This document shows positions 22,559-35,085 of a stretch of 35,806 bases of DNA, in pieces. Origin of the DNA: Octopus sinensis. Its lineage: Eukaryota. A program made the translations under genes and the position numbers. The number at the start of each line of letters is the position of its first letter. Positions within the stretch are counted from its first letter, which is position 1. Below the pieces are notes generated by a model. It did not search any database. It saw only the letters and a program-made list of their open reading frames with translations, and was not told the DNA's origin. The stretch spans positions 1 through 35,806 of the forward strand of contig NW_021827524.1 in assembly GCF_006345805.1 (NCBI RefSeq). Reading direction: 5' to 3'.

Positions 22559-22645
22559 GGCGGCGGAATCGTTAGCAGGTCGAACAAAATGCTCATCGGC
22601 ATTTCTTCCGATTTTTTACGTTCTGAGTACAAATTCAACTTTGCT
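22559..22645 (+). mobile_element. Truncated SINE family A head
   Basis: ggcggcggaatcgttagc...aaaatgct...ggcatttc...acgttctgagtacaaattc. Confidence 0.6.
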
Positions 22646-23903
22646 CGACCACAGTCTAATGCACATACAGAAGCACACACAATTACACATACCTATACAC
22701 GCATAGACACAAACACACGAGCACACCTTCCCTTTTACATAAAGACACATACACGCACACTCGCACACAAACACACAAGCACACACACACGCATACACAT
22801 ACACACACACAAACACAAAGACACACACACACACACACACACCTCACTATCGGAGCTACTAATGCAACTAAGCACCAAATTAGTCGACGCAGACAAACCA
22901 GTTAGAGACGTGCAGTCGGTAAACAAAATGGTCGCTTTACAAACACTAGAGAATCTATGGAAGCACATCGGCGATATTAATTTGGAAATCCAACCGTTTT
23001 TCTTCACTTTTCTCTTTCAGCGGTTTTCAAACGAACGAATAAAAGCCGCACTCCGTGCTGACTTTAAAGCTAGCTCCTGCAGATGGCTAATCAGACCTGC
23101 GGTTCAAAACTTAAGAGAGCTAAATAGCATGACTATAATACGTCTATAATAGCTATATGCCCCGATGGTATTAGATCTGAGATTAAGGTCGGATGAAAAT
23201 TAATTCTGTAATGTAATCATGCTATTGTTCCAGTTCCAACTGTTGGTCAATTTATCCCAAAGTTCTTATCTCGACGCGAAATTTCAGAAACGAATTTGGC
23301 ATTTATTTCCTCCTTGATCTCTGACGTCATTTGACAAACACCAGCCAAGATGGCGTGAATCAGCCAAGTTTTACCTGCTAGAAATAACAATCCAAATGCT
23401 TTTAAATCAGATCCCAATGTTAGATGTTCAAGAACCAAATGAAGGGCATATTTTTAATCCCGGGATCGTCCTGCTTCCAAAAATGTTTATGTCTATGTTG
23501 AGCAAATCTAGACTAAGATACAAGGGTCCCGCACGGACAGACATAATTTCGTTTTTATTAATATAGATTATATTATAAGGTAGGCTTGCGAGGTCGGGGC
23601 TGGTTGGTTTAAACATAAAACAGTTGGTATATTTTGGCTGGATATTGCTGGCTTAAATGCTTCTCGTTCGTTCTAAATGTATTTGTCTGAGTGTAATGGA
23701 GTAATAAAATGGAAGTTTTGTTATGTATTACGTGTGATGTGAGGAGATAAAAACGGACATTTACGATGACATTTATGCGACAGCCTTTAAAATACTGTAA
23801 CGCGCTGGAAGCACGTTCGCTTCAAACAAACCGTCAACTGATAAACTCATCGCACAACTGCTCGCATATGATAACAGCTGTCCGCCCTTCCGTTAAGGTA
23901 TTA

Positions 23904-23931
23904 TTGCTGCTGTTGCTGCTGCTGCTGTAGC

Positions 23932-23963
<32 letters not shown>

Positions 23964-24051
23964 ATGATGTCAAAGAAGACGACAATGTTGCCGACGAAGA
24001 CAACGACGGCGACAGCGGGATGGTTGTGGTGGTGGTAGTGGAGGAGGAGGT

Positions 24052-24082
<31 letters not shown>

Positions 24083-24212
24083 GAGGATGTGGTGGTGGTG
24101 GTAGTGGAGGAGGAGGAGGAGGAGGTGGTAGTGGTGGTGGTGGAGGAGGAGGAGGAGGTGGTGGTGGTGGTGGTTGTGGTGGTGGTGGTGGTGGTGGTGG
24201 AGGAGGAGGAAG
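23904..24212. repeat. Compound trinucleotide repeat (GCT)n-(GAT)n-(GAC)-(GTG/GAG)n
   Basis: Directly visible. Confidence 0.92.
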
Positions 24213-24570
24213 ATATTATTTTATTTGCCACGGGGACGTCCGATGAAAGGAACATTACAAGGAAAGGTTTCAATTTGCGTGGGACTTCACATAAAAAAAA
24301 TCGGCGAATGAAAAAAAAATGAAAATCATGAAGTTAAAGAATAAATAAAATAATAAAAATATACATGTATGTATTATATACAATATGTGTGTGTTGTGTG
24401 TGTATGTGTGTGTGTGTGTGTACATATACATGTACGTTTATGGACGTACGAATATATGAGGGTTGGTAGGTAAGTATACATGAGTATGTATGTGCATACG
24501 AGTGTGTATATGTATGTACGTATTATGTATGGAAGTATGTATATATCTGTGTATGAATGTATGTATGTAT

Positions 24571-25094
24571 TTCATTATTCAGTTTATTTCAAGATTTCTT
24601 GCCAATAGAGAAAGAACCGGTTTCTAACCTAGATCCAAGGCTCCTTCATTGGACTTTCAAAATCAACAACAGGGTATTTTTGTATGTATGTATGTATGTA
24701 TGTATGTATGTTTTATTTATGTATTCCCATGCATACAGTTATATATCTAGACATGCTCGTATATATTTAAATATAAACTCTGGAAAGTTTCACAGACTTT
24801 TACAGTTCCAGTGATGGATTGGAGTTAGCTTTCTTCTTTTTGGTTTCGAGAAGCCTAATTTTTCAAGATTGGCATTTAGGCAGTGTGTTACATATCCCAG
24901 GGCACCAATAATTACAAGTGTAAACCTGAACTTTTAATCTGGACAGAGTAACTGCAGATTTCTCAATAGTTCATCATAGGTGTTCTCTTTTTCACTGATC
25001 TTCAGCTTTATGTTAACATCCACTGGGCAGCTAATTTCCACAACTGTGTACATTTTCTCTATACTATCCCAAATCATATCTGTTGCGCTTACAT
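24571..25094 (-). mobile_element. 3' end of an R4/Dong-like retrotransposon (RLE endonuclease remnant plus 3' UTR) inserted in (TATG)n
   Basis: Minus-strand translation DMIWDSIEKMYTVVEISCPVDVNIKLKISEKENTYDELLRNLQLLCPD*KFRFTLVIIGALG fits the restriction-like endonuclease C-terminus. (TATG)n on both sides. Confidence 0.78.
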
Positions 25095-25137
25095 TGTATG
25101 TATGTATGCATATATGTATGTATGTATGTATGTCGTT

Positions 25138-25658
25138 GCGCTCCGTCGGTTACGACGACAAGGATTCCAGTTGATCCGATCAACGGAACAACCTGCTCGT
25201 TAAATTAACGTGCAAGTGGCTGAGCACTCCACAGACACTTGTACCCTTAACGTAGTTTCCGGCGACATTCATCGTGACACAGAGTGTGACAAGTTGTCCT
25301 ATTTCGGTAATTTCAGCCAATCAATGACATGTATTCAGCTGAATAAAATTACTGCTGTTGGTTGTCAACAAGAACTTCCTTCGGTGTATATTTCGTTTGT
25401 CACTGTTATTTATGACAACCCTAACCCTAAAACCCTAACCCCAACGCTAAAACCCTAACCTTAACCCTAAAACCTTTTGAAATACAAGCGCAAGAGAAAC
25501 AGGAAGAAAGAGAGAGAGAAAATTGTGGCGAAAGAGTACAGCGGGGTTCACCCCATCCTGCCGGGGTCTCGTGGAGCTTAAGATGTTTTTCTCTCAATAA
25601 ACAGTCACAATGCCCAATCTGGGAACTGAAGCCACGATCCTACGACCGCGAGTCCACT
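25138..25658 (-). mobile_element. SINE family B interrupted by a ~180-bp insert
   Basis: Family B similarity at 25138-25293 and 25475-25658. Confidence 0.82.
25294..25474. repeat. Insert with degenerate telomere-like (TAACCC/TAAAACCC) repeats
   Basis: aaccctaaccctaaaaccctaaccccaacgctaaaaccctaaccttaaccctaaaacc at about 25417-25473. Confidence 0.7.
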
Positions 25659-25988
25659 GTACGTATACGTTTGAATATGTTCCGAAAGGCATTAGACTTT
25701 TAGTGGTGATCAAAGAACTCAACAAAGCGATTTGACACTTGGTAAACGGTTGCCAGTGATCCATGTTTTTGTATTCTGAAAAAAAAAACAAACAAACAAA
25801 AAACAAAAAAAAACAGTAAAGATAAAACGGTAGTCTAGACAAGTCGAAGCTAATGATATAATTAACGTGAGCTTTTTGAAAGCTGATTCGATATAAATAT
25901 GTGGTGAGCAAGAAAAAAACAAACATAATTTTTAGTAAATAAATATTAAGAAATAGTCTACCATCTACACAACAGAATCCAAGTTATA

Positions 25989-26284
25989 TCTTTTACTTGT
26001 TTCAGTCATTTGCCAGCGGCCATGCTGGGGCACCGCATGAAACGTTCTTTAGTCGAACAAATCGAATCCCGGGACTTCTCTTTCATGCAAAACCTGGAAC
26101 TTATTTCATCGGATCCTTTTGGCTGAACCGCTAAGTTACAGGGGCTATAATTTATTAGTTTCTTTTGCATATTCTTAGTTTATGCACGTGTATGCAAATA
26201 TAGCATTGGTATATCCCATTTATGTTCATTAGAAATTAAATAAATGAAGAATTTTGACATGTACGAATATTTATTTCCCCCACT

Positions 26285-26323
<39 letters not shown>

Positions 26324-26508
26324 TAAATATATATATATATATTACACGACAGGCTTCTTTCACTTTCCGTTCACCAATCACCTCACAAGATTTTGATCAG
26401 CCTGAGGCCATAGTAGGTGACAGTTGCCCAAGGTACCACGCAAGTGGCGCTAAACCCGAAACCATGTGGCTGAAAAGCAAGCTTCTTACCACACAGTCAC
26501 GTCTGCAC
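25989..26508 (-). mobile_element. Degenerate SINE family C
   Basis: 3' half at 25989-26145, 5' half at 26345-26508, with expanded middle. Confidence 0.75.
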
Positions 26509-27979
26509 CATGTATATTTATGTATTTTCTCATACCTAGAAGAATGTGTCAAGGAGACTTCTACTAACCGTTCTTTTTCTTGTTAGTAACTGAGTTTGTT
26601 AAGAAACCTCACTGATTATTGCTACAAATAGTTTCGTGAATGAAACATTAACTTATGTCATGAGACGAGCAAGTAGAAATTTTATAATCAATCAAGTTTA
26701 TAGCCGTATTTTGAGAAGGCAAACACGAATGGACTATATTTCACTCAACCAAAGACAAAGGAAACACCCGAAACTAAATTAATTTTTATGTAAGTGAATT
26801 GACATGTGTTGACGGAGCTGGGTCTCAATTAACTACTAAAGGAAATATCAATACACCCGTATCTACAAGTGTTCTGAGAAATTAACTAATGCAGAACAAT
26901 ACATTGTAGTTCAAAATTTCAGCTGTACTATAGAAGGCAAGCTGATCCAATGTTACGGGCGATGGATGTAGTCAGCAGGTTGACGTGTATGGTATGTTTT
27001 AAGGAAGCAATGGCCGTCTATCAATACAAGTTCAAAGGAAGAATAGGGAGGTAAATAAAAGATAGTAAAAACGTAAAATAGATAAAAAAGTAAACAATAC
27101 GTTCACAGAATAATAACAAAAAGAAAGAAAAATGTTTATCAAAGAAATTGGTTTCTAAAGACGTTATACTTACTAAAATAGATATATTTTTCAAAGAAAG
27201 GTAGGGTGACCATCCCAGTATGAATTTAAATGAACAAAACATTGTGAAATATTTATGAAGAGAGAGACGAAGAGAAAGACAGGGACATATATACATACAT
27301 ACTTACATACATATATACATACATACATACATACATAGGGACAGGCAGACAGACAAACAGATAGATAGATACACAGACAGATAGACAGACAGGCAGACAG
27401 ACAGACAGACAGATAGACAGACAGACAGACAGATATCGAGATCTGAGACTTAGAGTGAAGATGCAAAAAGTACGTCTGAAAGAGAAAAGTCACGGAGGGC
27501 CCAGCGCCACAAGTTTTGGACTGAATACAATAGCAATACCCGAAATGGTATAACAATACATAGTACCGAAGACTCTACCCTCTCAATCTGCAATTAATAT
27601 ACCATACTTTAAATCAAGGTACAGGCAACCTTTTTGAAAATGGGGATTGCATGAGACACGATGTTCATCATCAGGCGGACTTCATAACTAAGAATACCCA
27701 GGGTAATTTTTATTAAGCGAGCCGTTCAGTCCCACGGGCGCAGTTTATCCATGACTGCCTGAAATATTAACTGTTCAAAGGTATAGAACGTTTCAATAGC
27801 TTTCCTAAAACAAACACCTGGTCCCTTTTCTTTCAAAGATGACCCAAACGAACTTAATATCATTAACCACGAAAGAAGGGATGTGGAAATAGAACGAAAC
27901 TAGCGTAAATGATGGTTCCTAGGCATAGCAACTCACACACATGCACTCAGCACCCGGCACACACTCGCAGACTTCACCA

Positions 27980-28186
<207 letters not shown>

Positions 28187-28459
28187 AACTTTGATAGGTT
28201 TCGGCCAGTATAGGCCCAGGCCGTGTCTAACTTAATAGCAACACCTGGTGAAGTCTTTTAGTCATATATGGGGCACCATGGGCCACTCTGACAAAGAGTT
28301 GTTATTATTGGAAACATATCCGGGTGTAGAAGATTGATTCGGGATTTTTTAAAGAAATTTGTTCAGTGAACTTGTGAATTTTATGGGATCTGTTTCCGTT
28401 TTGATGTATTTTGGTATGGTATTAAAGAGAGCTGGACCAGTTGAGGTAAAGTAATTGCG
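28187..28459 (-). mobile_element. 3' end of a CR1/Jockey-like LINE
   Basis: RNYFTSTGPALFNTIPKYIKTETDPIKFTSSLNKFL*KIPNQSSTPGY resembles the C-terminus of these LINE ORF2 proteins (recalled pattern). Confidence 0.6.
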
Positions 28460-28481
28460 TATATATATATATATATATATA

Positions 28482-30094
28482 TTAAGGTATGTAGAAAAAT
28501 ACAACATGGACAAGAACGTATAACTCTTAGAAGACGATACAATAAACATGGACAGGACATTCGAACCCCTCAGTCTTCAGTCAAGAACCGGATCATCGTA
28601 GTAATTTCGGCTGATTAATCTTGAGATTACTAGATCACGGCCAGCCTCCAAGAAAAACTAAGCAACGAGCATTAGAAAAACTAAGCTGGAAGCGTAGATT
28701 TCCTGGAAGAGGATCGAATGCATACGAACACCAGGACAGCAAAAGGGACAGATATAAAAAAAAAACAAAAAACAATAATGGAATACAGAAACATGAAATA
28801 CAGAAGCATTAACGGTGAAAACAACAAGTGTCTTACGACTGATAACAAGCAAACAAATTTTTTCTCTGGCGCATTGGAAAAAGCCTTTATAGCGGCGGAC
28901 GAAAAACAACGATGTTAACACGACGAGGGTCAGGAGCTGAAAGGCAGATTTCGGCCAACAGTCACGTGACAGAGAAGAGGGAAAAGAAAAGAAAGAGAAG
29001 CAAAGGAAGAGAGAGAGAGAAAAGGGGGACAAAACGCAACAAAGAGAGAGAAGAGAGAGAAAGAAGGAATCAGAGAGGAGAAGGGATGGGTGTCGAAGAA
29101 TGACCTGTGAGTGCAGAGCGAGACAAAGAAATAGGAGGGTAGTGGAAGACTAGACCAAAGGATCAGAGGAAAGAGAAGATGAATAGAGAGAAAAGAGAGA
29201 GAGGGGGGGACAGATCAAGTAAAAATGAGAGAGAGAGAGAGACAAACAGAGAGTCGTACCAATTATTAAGAATATGTGTTCACATTAATGATAAGGGGGG
29301 TACGGGGCGCCTGGAATATATGTTAAGGTATGTAGAAAAATACAACATGGACAAGAACGTATAACTCTTAGAAGACGATACAATAAACATGGACAGGACA
29401 TTCGAACCCCTCAGTCTTCAGTCAAGAACCGGATCATCGTAGTAATTTCGGCTGATTAATCTTGAGATTACTAGATCACGGCCAGCCCTCCAAGAAAAAC
29501 TAAGCAACGAGCATTAGAAAAACTAAGCTGGAAGCGTAGATTTCCTGGAAGAAGGATCGAATGCATACGAACACCAGGACAGCAAAAGGGACAGATATAA
29601 AAAAAAAAAACAAAAAACAATAATGGAATACAGAAACATGAAATACAGAAGCATTAACGGTGAAAACAACAAGTGTCTTACGACTGATAACAAGCAAACA
29701 AATTTTTTCTCTGGCGCATTGGAAAAAGCCTTTATAGCGGCGGACGAAAAACAACGATGTTAACACGACGAGGGTCAGGAGCTGAAAGGCAGATTTCGGC
29801 CAACAGTCACGTGACAGAGAAGAGGGAAAAAAAAGAAAGAGAAGCAAAGGAAGAGAGAGAGAGAAAAGGGGGACAAAACGCAACAAAGAGAGAGAAGAGA
29901 GAGAAAGAAGGAATCAGAGAGGAGAAGGGATGGGTGTCGAAGAATGACCTGTGAGTGCAGAGCGAGACAAAGAAATAGGAGGGTAGTGGAAGACTAGACC
30001 AAAGGATCAGAGGAAAGAGAAGATGAATAGAGAGAAAAGAGAGAGACAGGGGGACAGATCAAGTAAAAATGAGAGAGAGAGAGAGAGAGAGACA

Positions 30095-30095
<1 letters not shown>
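28482..30095. repeat. Partial tandem direct repeat, period 841 bp, between (TA)n and (AAT)n
   Basis: 28482-29245 is near-identical to 29323-30095, with a ~77-bp spacer. Confidence 0.92.
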
Positions 30096-30152
<57 letters not shown>

Positions 30153-30372
30153 GGGAATAAATCCAAACTTACAGGGAAAAATTAGATTTAGGATTAAATC
30201 CAATTTTATAGTATAAATATATTGTATTATATTAAATTAGAGATAAAACCACTATTAGGCAAATCAAAAAGTGAAAAACATAAGCCAATACATAAAATTA
30301 ATTTAAAAATATAAAAGTTAAAATAAAAAAATTATTTAAATAATTTAAACTTATAAATTTTAATATATATAT

Positions 30373-30445
<73 letters not shown>

Positions 30446-30620
30446 ATGTATGTATGTATATTTTTATATTATATATTATTTTATTTATTAATTTATTTAT
30501 TAATTAATTAATAATTTTTTTTTATTTATTTATTGTTTTAAATTTAATTTATGTATTTATTTATTGTTTATATATAAATATCAAAAGTATTAAAAGTGTA
30601 ATAAAAGATAAAGAGTAAAA

Positions 30621-30683
<63 letters not shown>

Positions 30684-30897
30684 GTATATACACACATATG
30701 CACATACATATATATATTTTATCATTTAGCAGCTGAAGTATATACATATAAAATCTGTATATGTATGTGTATATATGTATTTATGCATACACATACGCAT
30801 GTACACTTACGCACATATGTACACAATCATACACACACACTCACACACACACACATATGGTTGTGAATGTAAGGAACGATTTTTGTTACTCTGTGCT

Positions 30898-30938
<41 letters not shown>

Positions 30939-31669
30939 ATGCATGTTACGCATGCGTATGGGTCTATTTGTCAGTGTACACGTGGTGTGTGATAAAGCGA
31001 TAGTCACCAAAAGTGGTGATGTTTTGGTGCTGGTCGAACTGGAAGCAACTGGAAGAACGCCGTTGTTGACAGGATATTCCAATCAATATCCGGATGGTGA
31101 TGACATCTCCTTGACCCGAGTAACCTCGCCGAAAACTCATCTCCAGTCGGCTTTCACCTGGTCTAGTCTCGTCTAGTCTAGTCTAGTCCTGTCTGGTCTG
31201 ATCTATTCAGCTTTTCTCTCAATATGACACCACTGATGTCTGTCAGTTGAATATTAACAACGTATTAATTATTAGAAGCTCACCGAGGCGCGTGTTACCA
31301 TTGCTCTCGAATGGTTAACCCCCACTGAAAAGTTGCATACAAACACCTGCAACGAAAACCGCATTTCGTTTATTTTTAGGGTGCGCAGTTGCGGGATGGG
31401 GGTGGTTTTGTCCACGGTTTCGCAGTAGATTTTTTTTACTCTCATTTTGTTTTTTTTTGTGTCTTTCTTTCTTTCTTTCTTTCTTTACTTTGCATAAAGT
31501 AAATATATATTCTTGACAGACATCAGTGTCAGTTCAGTTGATATCGGTATTTCACAACGCTGGGATTGTATGTAAAAAAACGGATGGGCATTCATAAGCA
31601 AACTTACACTTGCAAACACGTACCGACATACGTACGTACGCAGACACACACATACACACACACACACAC

Positions 31670-31710
<41 letters not shown>

Positions 31711-31879
31711 ACACAAGCAGAAACACACACATATATACATACACACAAGCATATGCACACACGAACACATATATACATGTAGGCACATACGTGAAGTGCA
31801 TACATATGCATACACACACACACACACACACACTATATATATATATATATACAAGTCTTTGGTGTAGCATATATATACA

Positions 31880-31973
<94 letters not shown>

Positions 31974-32159
31974 TATATATATATATATACAAGTCTTTGG
32001 TGTAGCAATTGCACTCGGCTGAAGAAGGCTTTTGAACTACCTGTTATGTCGATTATGCATTGATGTAAGAATAAGTTGTTCTATAAAGCTCAAAACTTAC
32101 GTACCACAACATCCTTTGTGTCCTGTTTTCATTTATTTCATTTGACACATATATATACA

Positions 32160-32337
32160 CTGTGTGGTAAGTAGCTTGCTAACCAACCACATGGTTCCGG
32201 GTTCAGTCCCACTGCGTGGCATCTTGGGCAAGTGTCTTCTGCTATAGCCCCGGGCCGACCAATGCCTTGTGAGTGGATTTGGTCGACAGAAACTGAAAGA
32301 AGCCTGTCGTATATATGTATATATATATATGTGTGTA

Positions 32338-32368
<31 letters not shown>

Positions 32369-32565
32369 GTTTGTCCCCCTAGTATTGCTTGACAACCGAT
32401 GCTGGTGTGTTTACGTCCCCGTCACTTAGCGGTTCGGCAAAAGAGACCGATGGAATAAGTACTGGGCTTACAAAGAATAAGTCCCGGGGTCGATTTGCTC
32501 GACTAAAGGCGGTGCTCCAGCATGACCGAAGTCAAATGACTGAAACAAGTAAAAGAGTAAAGAGT
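32160..32565 (+). mobile_element. SINE family C, slightly 5'-truncated
   Basis: Colinear with 3706-4113. Confidence 0.92.
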
Positions 32566-33246
32566 ATATACACACGCACACATACTAAGAACGCCATTAA
32601 AGTCAAGCTTGGCGTGCGCATACACGCTTACTCCCGTATATGTGTATGTGCGCTTATTTATGTGTGTGTCTATGTGTCTGTGCGTGAATCTTTATGTCTG
32701 TGTGTCCCCCACGACCATTTGAAAACCGGTGTTGGTGCGTTTATTCAAAAGAGACCGATAAAGTACCAATTAGAGAAAACTAAAAGAAATGTAAAGTATA
32801 AAAGCCATCTCAATATGGCTAACCACAAAGGGGGGGGATGTTACTGTAGCTTTTTAGCCCCAGGAGATCATCGTCTCCAGCTGGCTTTAGACACACTTTC
32901 TGTGCCCTTAAAGTATTTGCCCTTAAAGAAATGGTTGATTTAAAAAGAACAAAGCAACTTACTAGCCCCGTACAATAGTTGGCTCATACCCCAAACACAC
33001 GGACTCATTCATTGCACCAGGGATCAATGTGGGTTCTTGTTTCTTGGTCAGATCGAGCAGAAATAAATTCAATGAATCCAATTCAGAAATTTGCCGTCAG
33101 ACGAAACAGTTTACCGTCAGCTTTTGCCTGGACCTAGTTTCGTAAATTGTCTGACGGTGACTCAAAGGTGCAGGGGTAATCTCAATAGAGCAGGATCCCC
33201 TCTGTGTGTCATGCAGGAAATGGAAAATTAACAAAATAAATTAGAG

Positions 33247-33618
33247 GTCGATCTTACGGTATAAGTACCGGTGTACTTCCGGAAGTACCGGATACATTTC
33301 AAAAAAGTATTTTTTTTTATATATGGGGGGTTAGGGTTAGGGTTAGGGTTAGGGTTTCTGTTAGGGTTAGGGTTTGTGTTAGGGTTGGGTTAGGGGTGAG
33401 AGAAAAGGGTTCTGTTATCTTCAGAAATATAAACAAAGTCACGTGTGTACATATACCGAACCATCGCCACATACCCTAACCCTAACTCTAACACAAACCC
33501 TAACCCTAACAGAACCCCAACCCTAACCCTAACCACCCCCATATATAAAAAAAATAACTTTTTTTAAATGTATCCGGTACTTCCGGAAGTACACCGGTAC
33601 TTATACCGTAAGATCGCC
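33247..33618. mobile_element. MITE with ~145-bp TIRs containing TTAGGG arrays and an 8-bp TSD
   Basis: Starts gtcgatcttacggtataagtaccggtgtacttccggaagtaccggatacattt and ends with its reverse complement. TSD aattagag at 33239-33246 and 33619-33626. Confidence 0.9.
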
Positions 33619-33653
33619 AATTAGAGTTCTTGTCAGATCATTTTTATAGGTTA

Positions 33654-34039
33654 CTAGCAGTATCGCCCGGCGTTGCTCGGATTTGTAAGGGAAATAACTA
33701 TATAATAATTTATAGAGAGTTATAGCCAAAAAATAGCAAAAAAATGCATTAATAATGGAAAAAAATGATGGTAAATTTTTTTTTAAATCGTTGACTCATC
33801 GTAGACATTTTTAGAGAGTTACTTCCCTTATATAATAGCGAAAAAAATGCATTAAAATGGAAAATTTTTTTTTTAAATCGTAGACTCATCATAGATGCGC
33901 GCTAATACCCAGAAGGGCTCGATATGAATCACGACTATAAGATACCCGGTTTTGGTTAAACTGCACCGCAAAATGTGGGAGTAGTTAGGAATCTAAATCG
34001 TAGGAGACAGACACACAACTTCACTTTTATATATAAAGA
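33654..34039 (-). mobile_element. Non-autonomous Helitron
   Basis: Minus strand begins TC(tttatatataaaa) and ends ccgagcaacgccgggcgatactgCTAG. It sits between A and T with no TSD and has an internal ~95-bp duplication. Confidence 0.82.
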
Positions 34040-34467
34040 TAAATATTTACATTAATACATGTTTGTTAGTACTCAAAAACGCAGTTTAGTTCCATAATAA
34101 GTCACTGATGAAAAGGAACAGGCAGTAAAGCTACATTTATGCAAATCAAACCGACAGATATACTAAAGGCATTGCATTGAGTGGCTATAAATACCTTTAA
34201 GCCATATATAAATGTTTAAAATTATGTATGTATGCTTAAAGATCTGCAAGTGATATATTTTGCCATGGGCAGAACTGGATGGAGAATGACTTTTTGATGA
34301 GGCATCCGCCTCGGTTAGAAACTGGTCGAATGATGGAATTATAACAGACATTTCTAGTAAATTTGTACAAAATTTCACAGTCTTAAAGATAGGTAAATAT
34401 CTCTACAGCTTGGAAGGGTTGATTATTGATTGTGAGGAGTGTTTCAATGGTGAACTGTAATAAAGAC

Positions 34468-34747
34468 ACAGGTAAACAAAAAAAAGTGACAATTTTGGTT
34501 AGGAAGAAAAGTCACAAGAAATGTGTCACAATTAATTTATGTTGGCCAGTAATAAAGTCACAGGAAATCAGGTCACAGTTAGTTTATGGGATCCGGACAA
34601 AACCCCCGTAGGAGAAAACCCCGTGGGACAAAACCCCTTCGGACAACCCCACTCCGGACAAAACCCCTGTAACATTTTCTCCTGTTATTTTTTTTCCGTG
34701 ACTTTTTTCCTGTAACTTTTTACCTGTGATTTTTTTTACCTGGTTTC
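34468..34747. mobile_element. Degenerate fold-back element with short subterminal repeats
   Basis: aaaagtcacag-type repeats on the left, ctgtgactttt-type repeats on the right, and five ggacaaaacccc-type repeats at 34597-34667. Confidence 0.5.
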
Positions 34748-35085
34748 GTTTCAACGTAAGGATTTAAGAGAATAGGCTCGTACATGACTTTTGTCTTTTT
34801 GATAACTGAGTGTGAAACAGCTGTTATAACAAGCTGTATCAAAGTTAGCAAACTTGTCTATGCTCTGTCGGAGACCTGCTCCACAATTTGCCTTTACTGT
34901 ACAATCTTCAGCAAAGAGGAGCATCCTTGTGTTAATGATTCTAGTATTTATCTTTGATTTCAGATGACTGATGTTAAAAAGACCATCATCCTGTCTGTAT
35001 CTGATCTGAGTGTCAGGTGTCGCATGAGAGATGTCTGATAAAGCACTGTACTAAATACCAAACTAAAAAGCCAAGCTTGTCTTCT

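Noticed and set aside
22589-23149. 186-aa ORF
   Set aside because: It starts in a SINE head and crosses a (CA)n tract; the unique C-terminal part has no recognisable homology.
23893-24322. Poly-S/T/A and poly-V/E ORFs
   Set aside because: They are trinucleotide repeat tracts with no domain and no convincing splice context.
28556-28632. Possible hammerhead in the 841-bp unit (minus strand CUGAAGA with GAAU downstream or GAAA upstream)
   Set aside because: Neither topology gives correctly registered stems I and II, so it is not called as a ribozyme.
33327-33540. Ancestral telomere-telomere fusion site
   Set aside because: The repeats lie within TIRs bounded by an 8-bp TSD, so a transposon explains them better.
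34597-34667. CRISPR-like short repeats with spacers
   Set aside because: Repeats are ~12 bp with spacers of only a few bp, the context is eukaryotic, and no cas genes are present.
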